A stretch of 63,605 bases of DNA, counting the filler, from Octopus bimaculoides (taxonomy: Eukaryota): NCBI RefSeq assembly GCF_001194135.2. It is 6 parts of 5 records of this genome, joined end to end, with 100 filler letters (N's around TTAATTAATTAA, not from the genome) between each part and the next. Parts side by side here need not be neighbours in the genome. Positions count along the whole stretch, not along the records: positions 50,992 to 63,605 come from NC_068981.1; 5 more parts are not named here. One strand, 5' to 3'. The notes below the pieces were generated by a model, which ran no database searches, was not told the DNA's origin, and saw nothing but the letters and a program-made list of their open reading frames with translations. Each line of letters begins with the position of its first letter. Position 1 is the first letter of the stretch. Below are positions 63,546 through 63,605 of this stretch, in pieces. A program made the position numbers and the translations under genes.

Positions 63546-63605
63546 ATCTCACTTCTATGTTGAATCGCTAAACTGCAGGACATATACGGACACGACATAA
63601 ACACA

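Overview
Gappy (about 9 kb of N by rough tally), AT-rich animal genomic DNA that is almost entirely intronic or intergenic repeat. The tRNA-derived SINE families, microsatellite load and TE mix suggest a coleoid cephalopod, most likely Octopus (inference from recognised repeat families). No complete protein-coding gene can be supported. The long ORFs in the track are microsatellite or N artefacts, and only a few weak exon candidates remain (best: 60442-60608, +). Recognisable content: dozens of SINE copies (at least 3-4 families); four Tc1/mariner relics, a pogo-like relic and an intact hAT MITE with an 8-bp TSD; a decayed Penelope-like element (RT + GIY-YIG) with several pLTR-like fragments; a Gypsy LTR + PBS + gag start; and four restriction-like-endonuclease (RLE) non-LTR retrotransposon 3' ends (three R4/Dong-like, one HERO/NeSL-like). 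The most interesting signal is RNA structure inside the retroelements. (i) The HERO-like 3' UTR (3539-3650, -) contains both hammerhead core motifs plus perfect stems I and III, but in a non-circularly permuted, pseudoknotted order. (ii) An 80-bp-arm inverted repeat (30672-30838) is built from two opposed minimal, dimer-type hammerheads. (iii) Further hammerhead relics are scattered through the window. None has been tested for cleavage.
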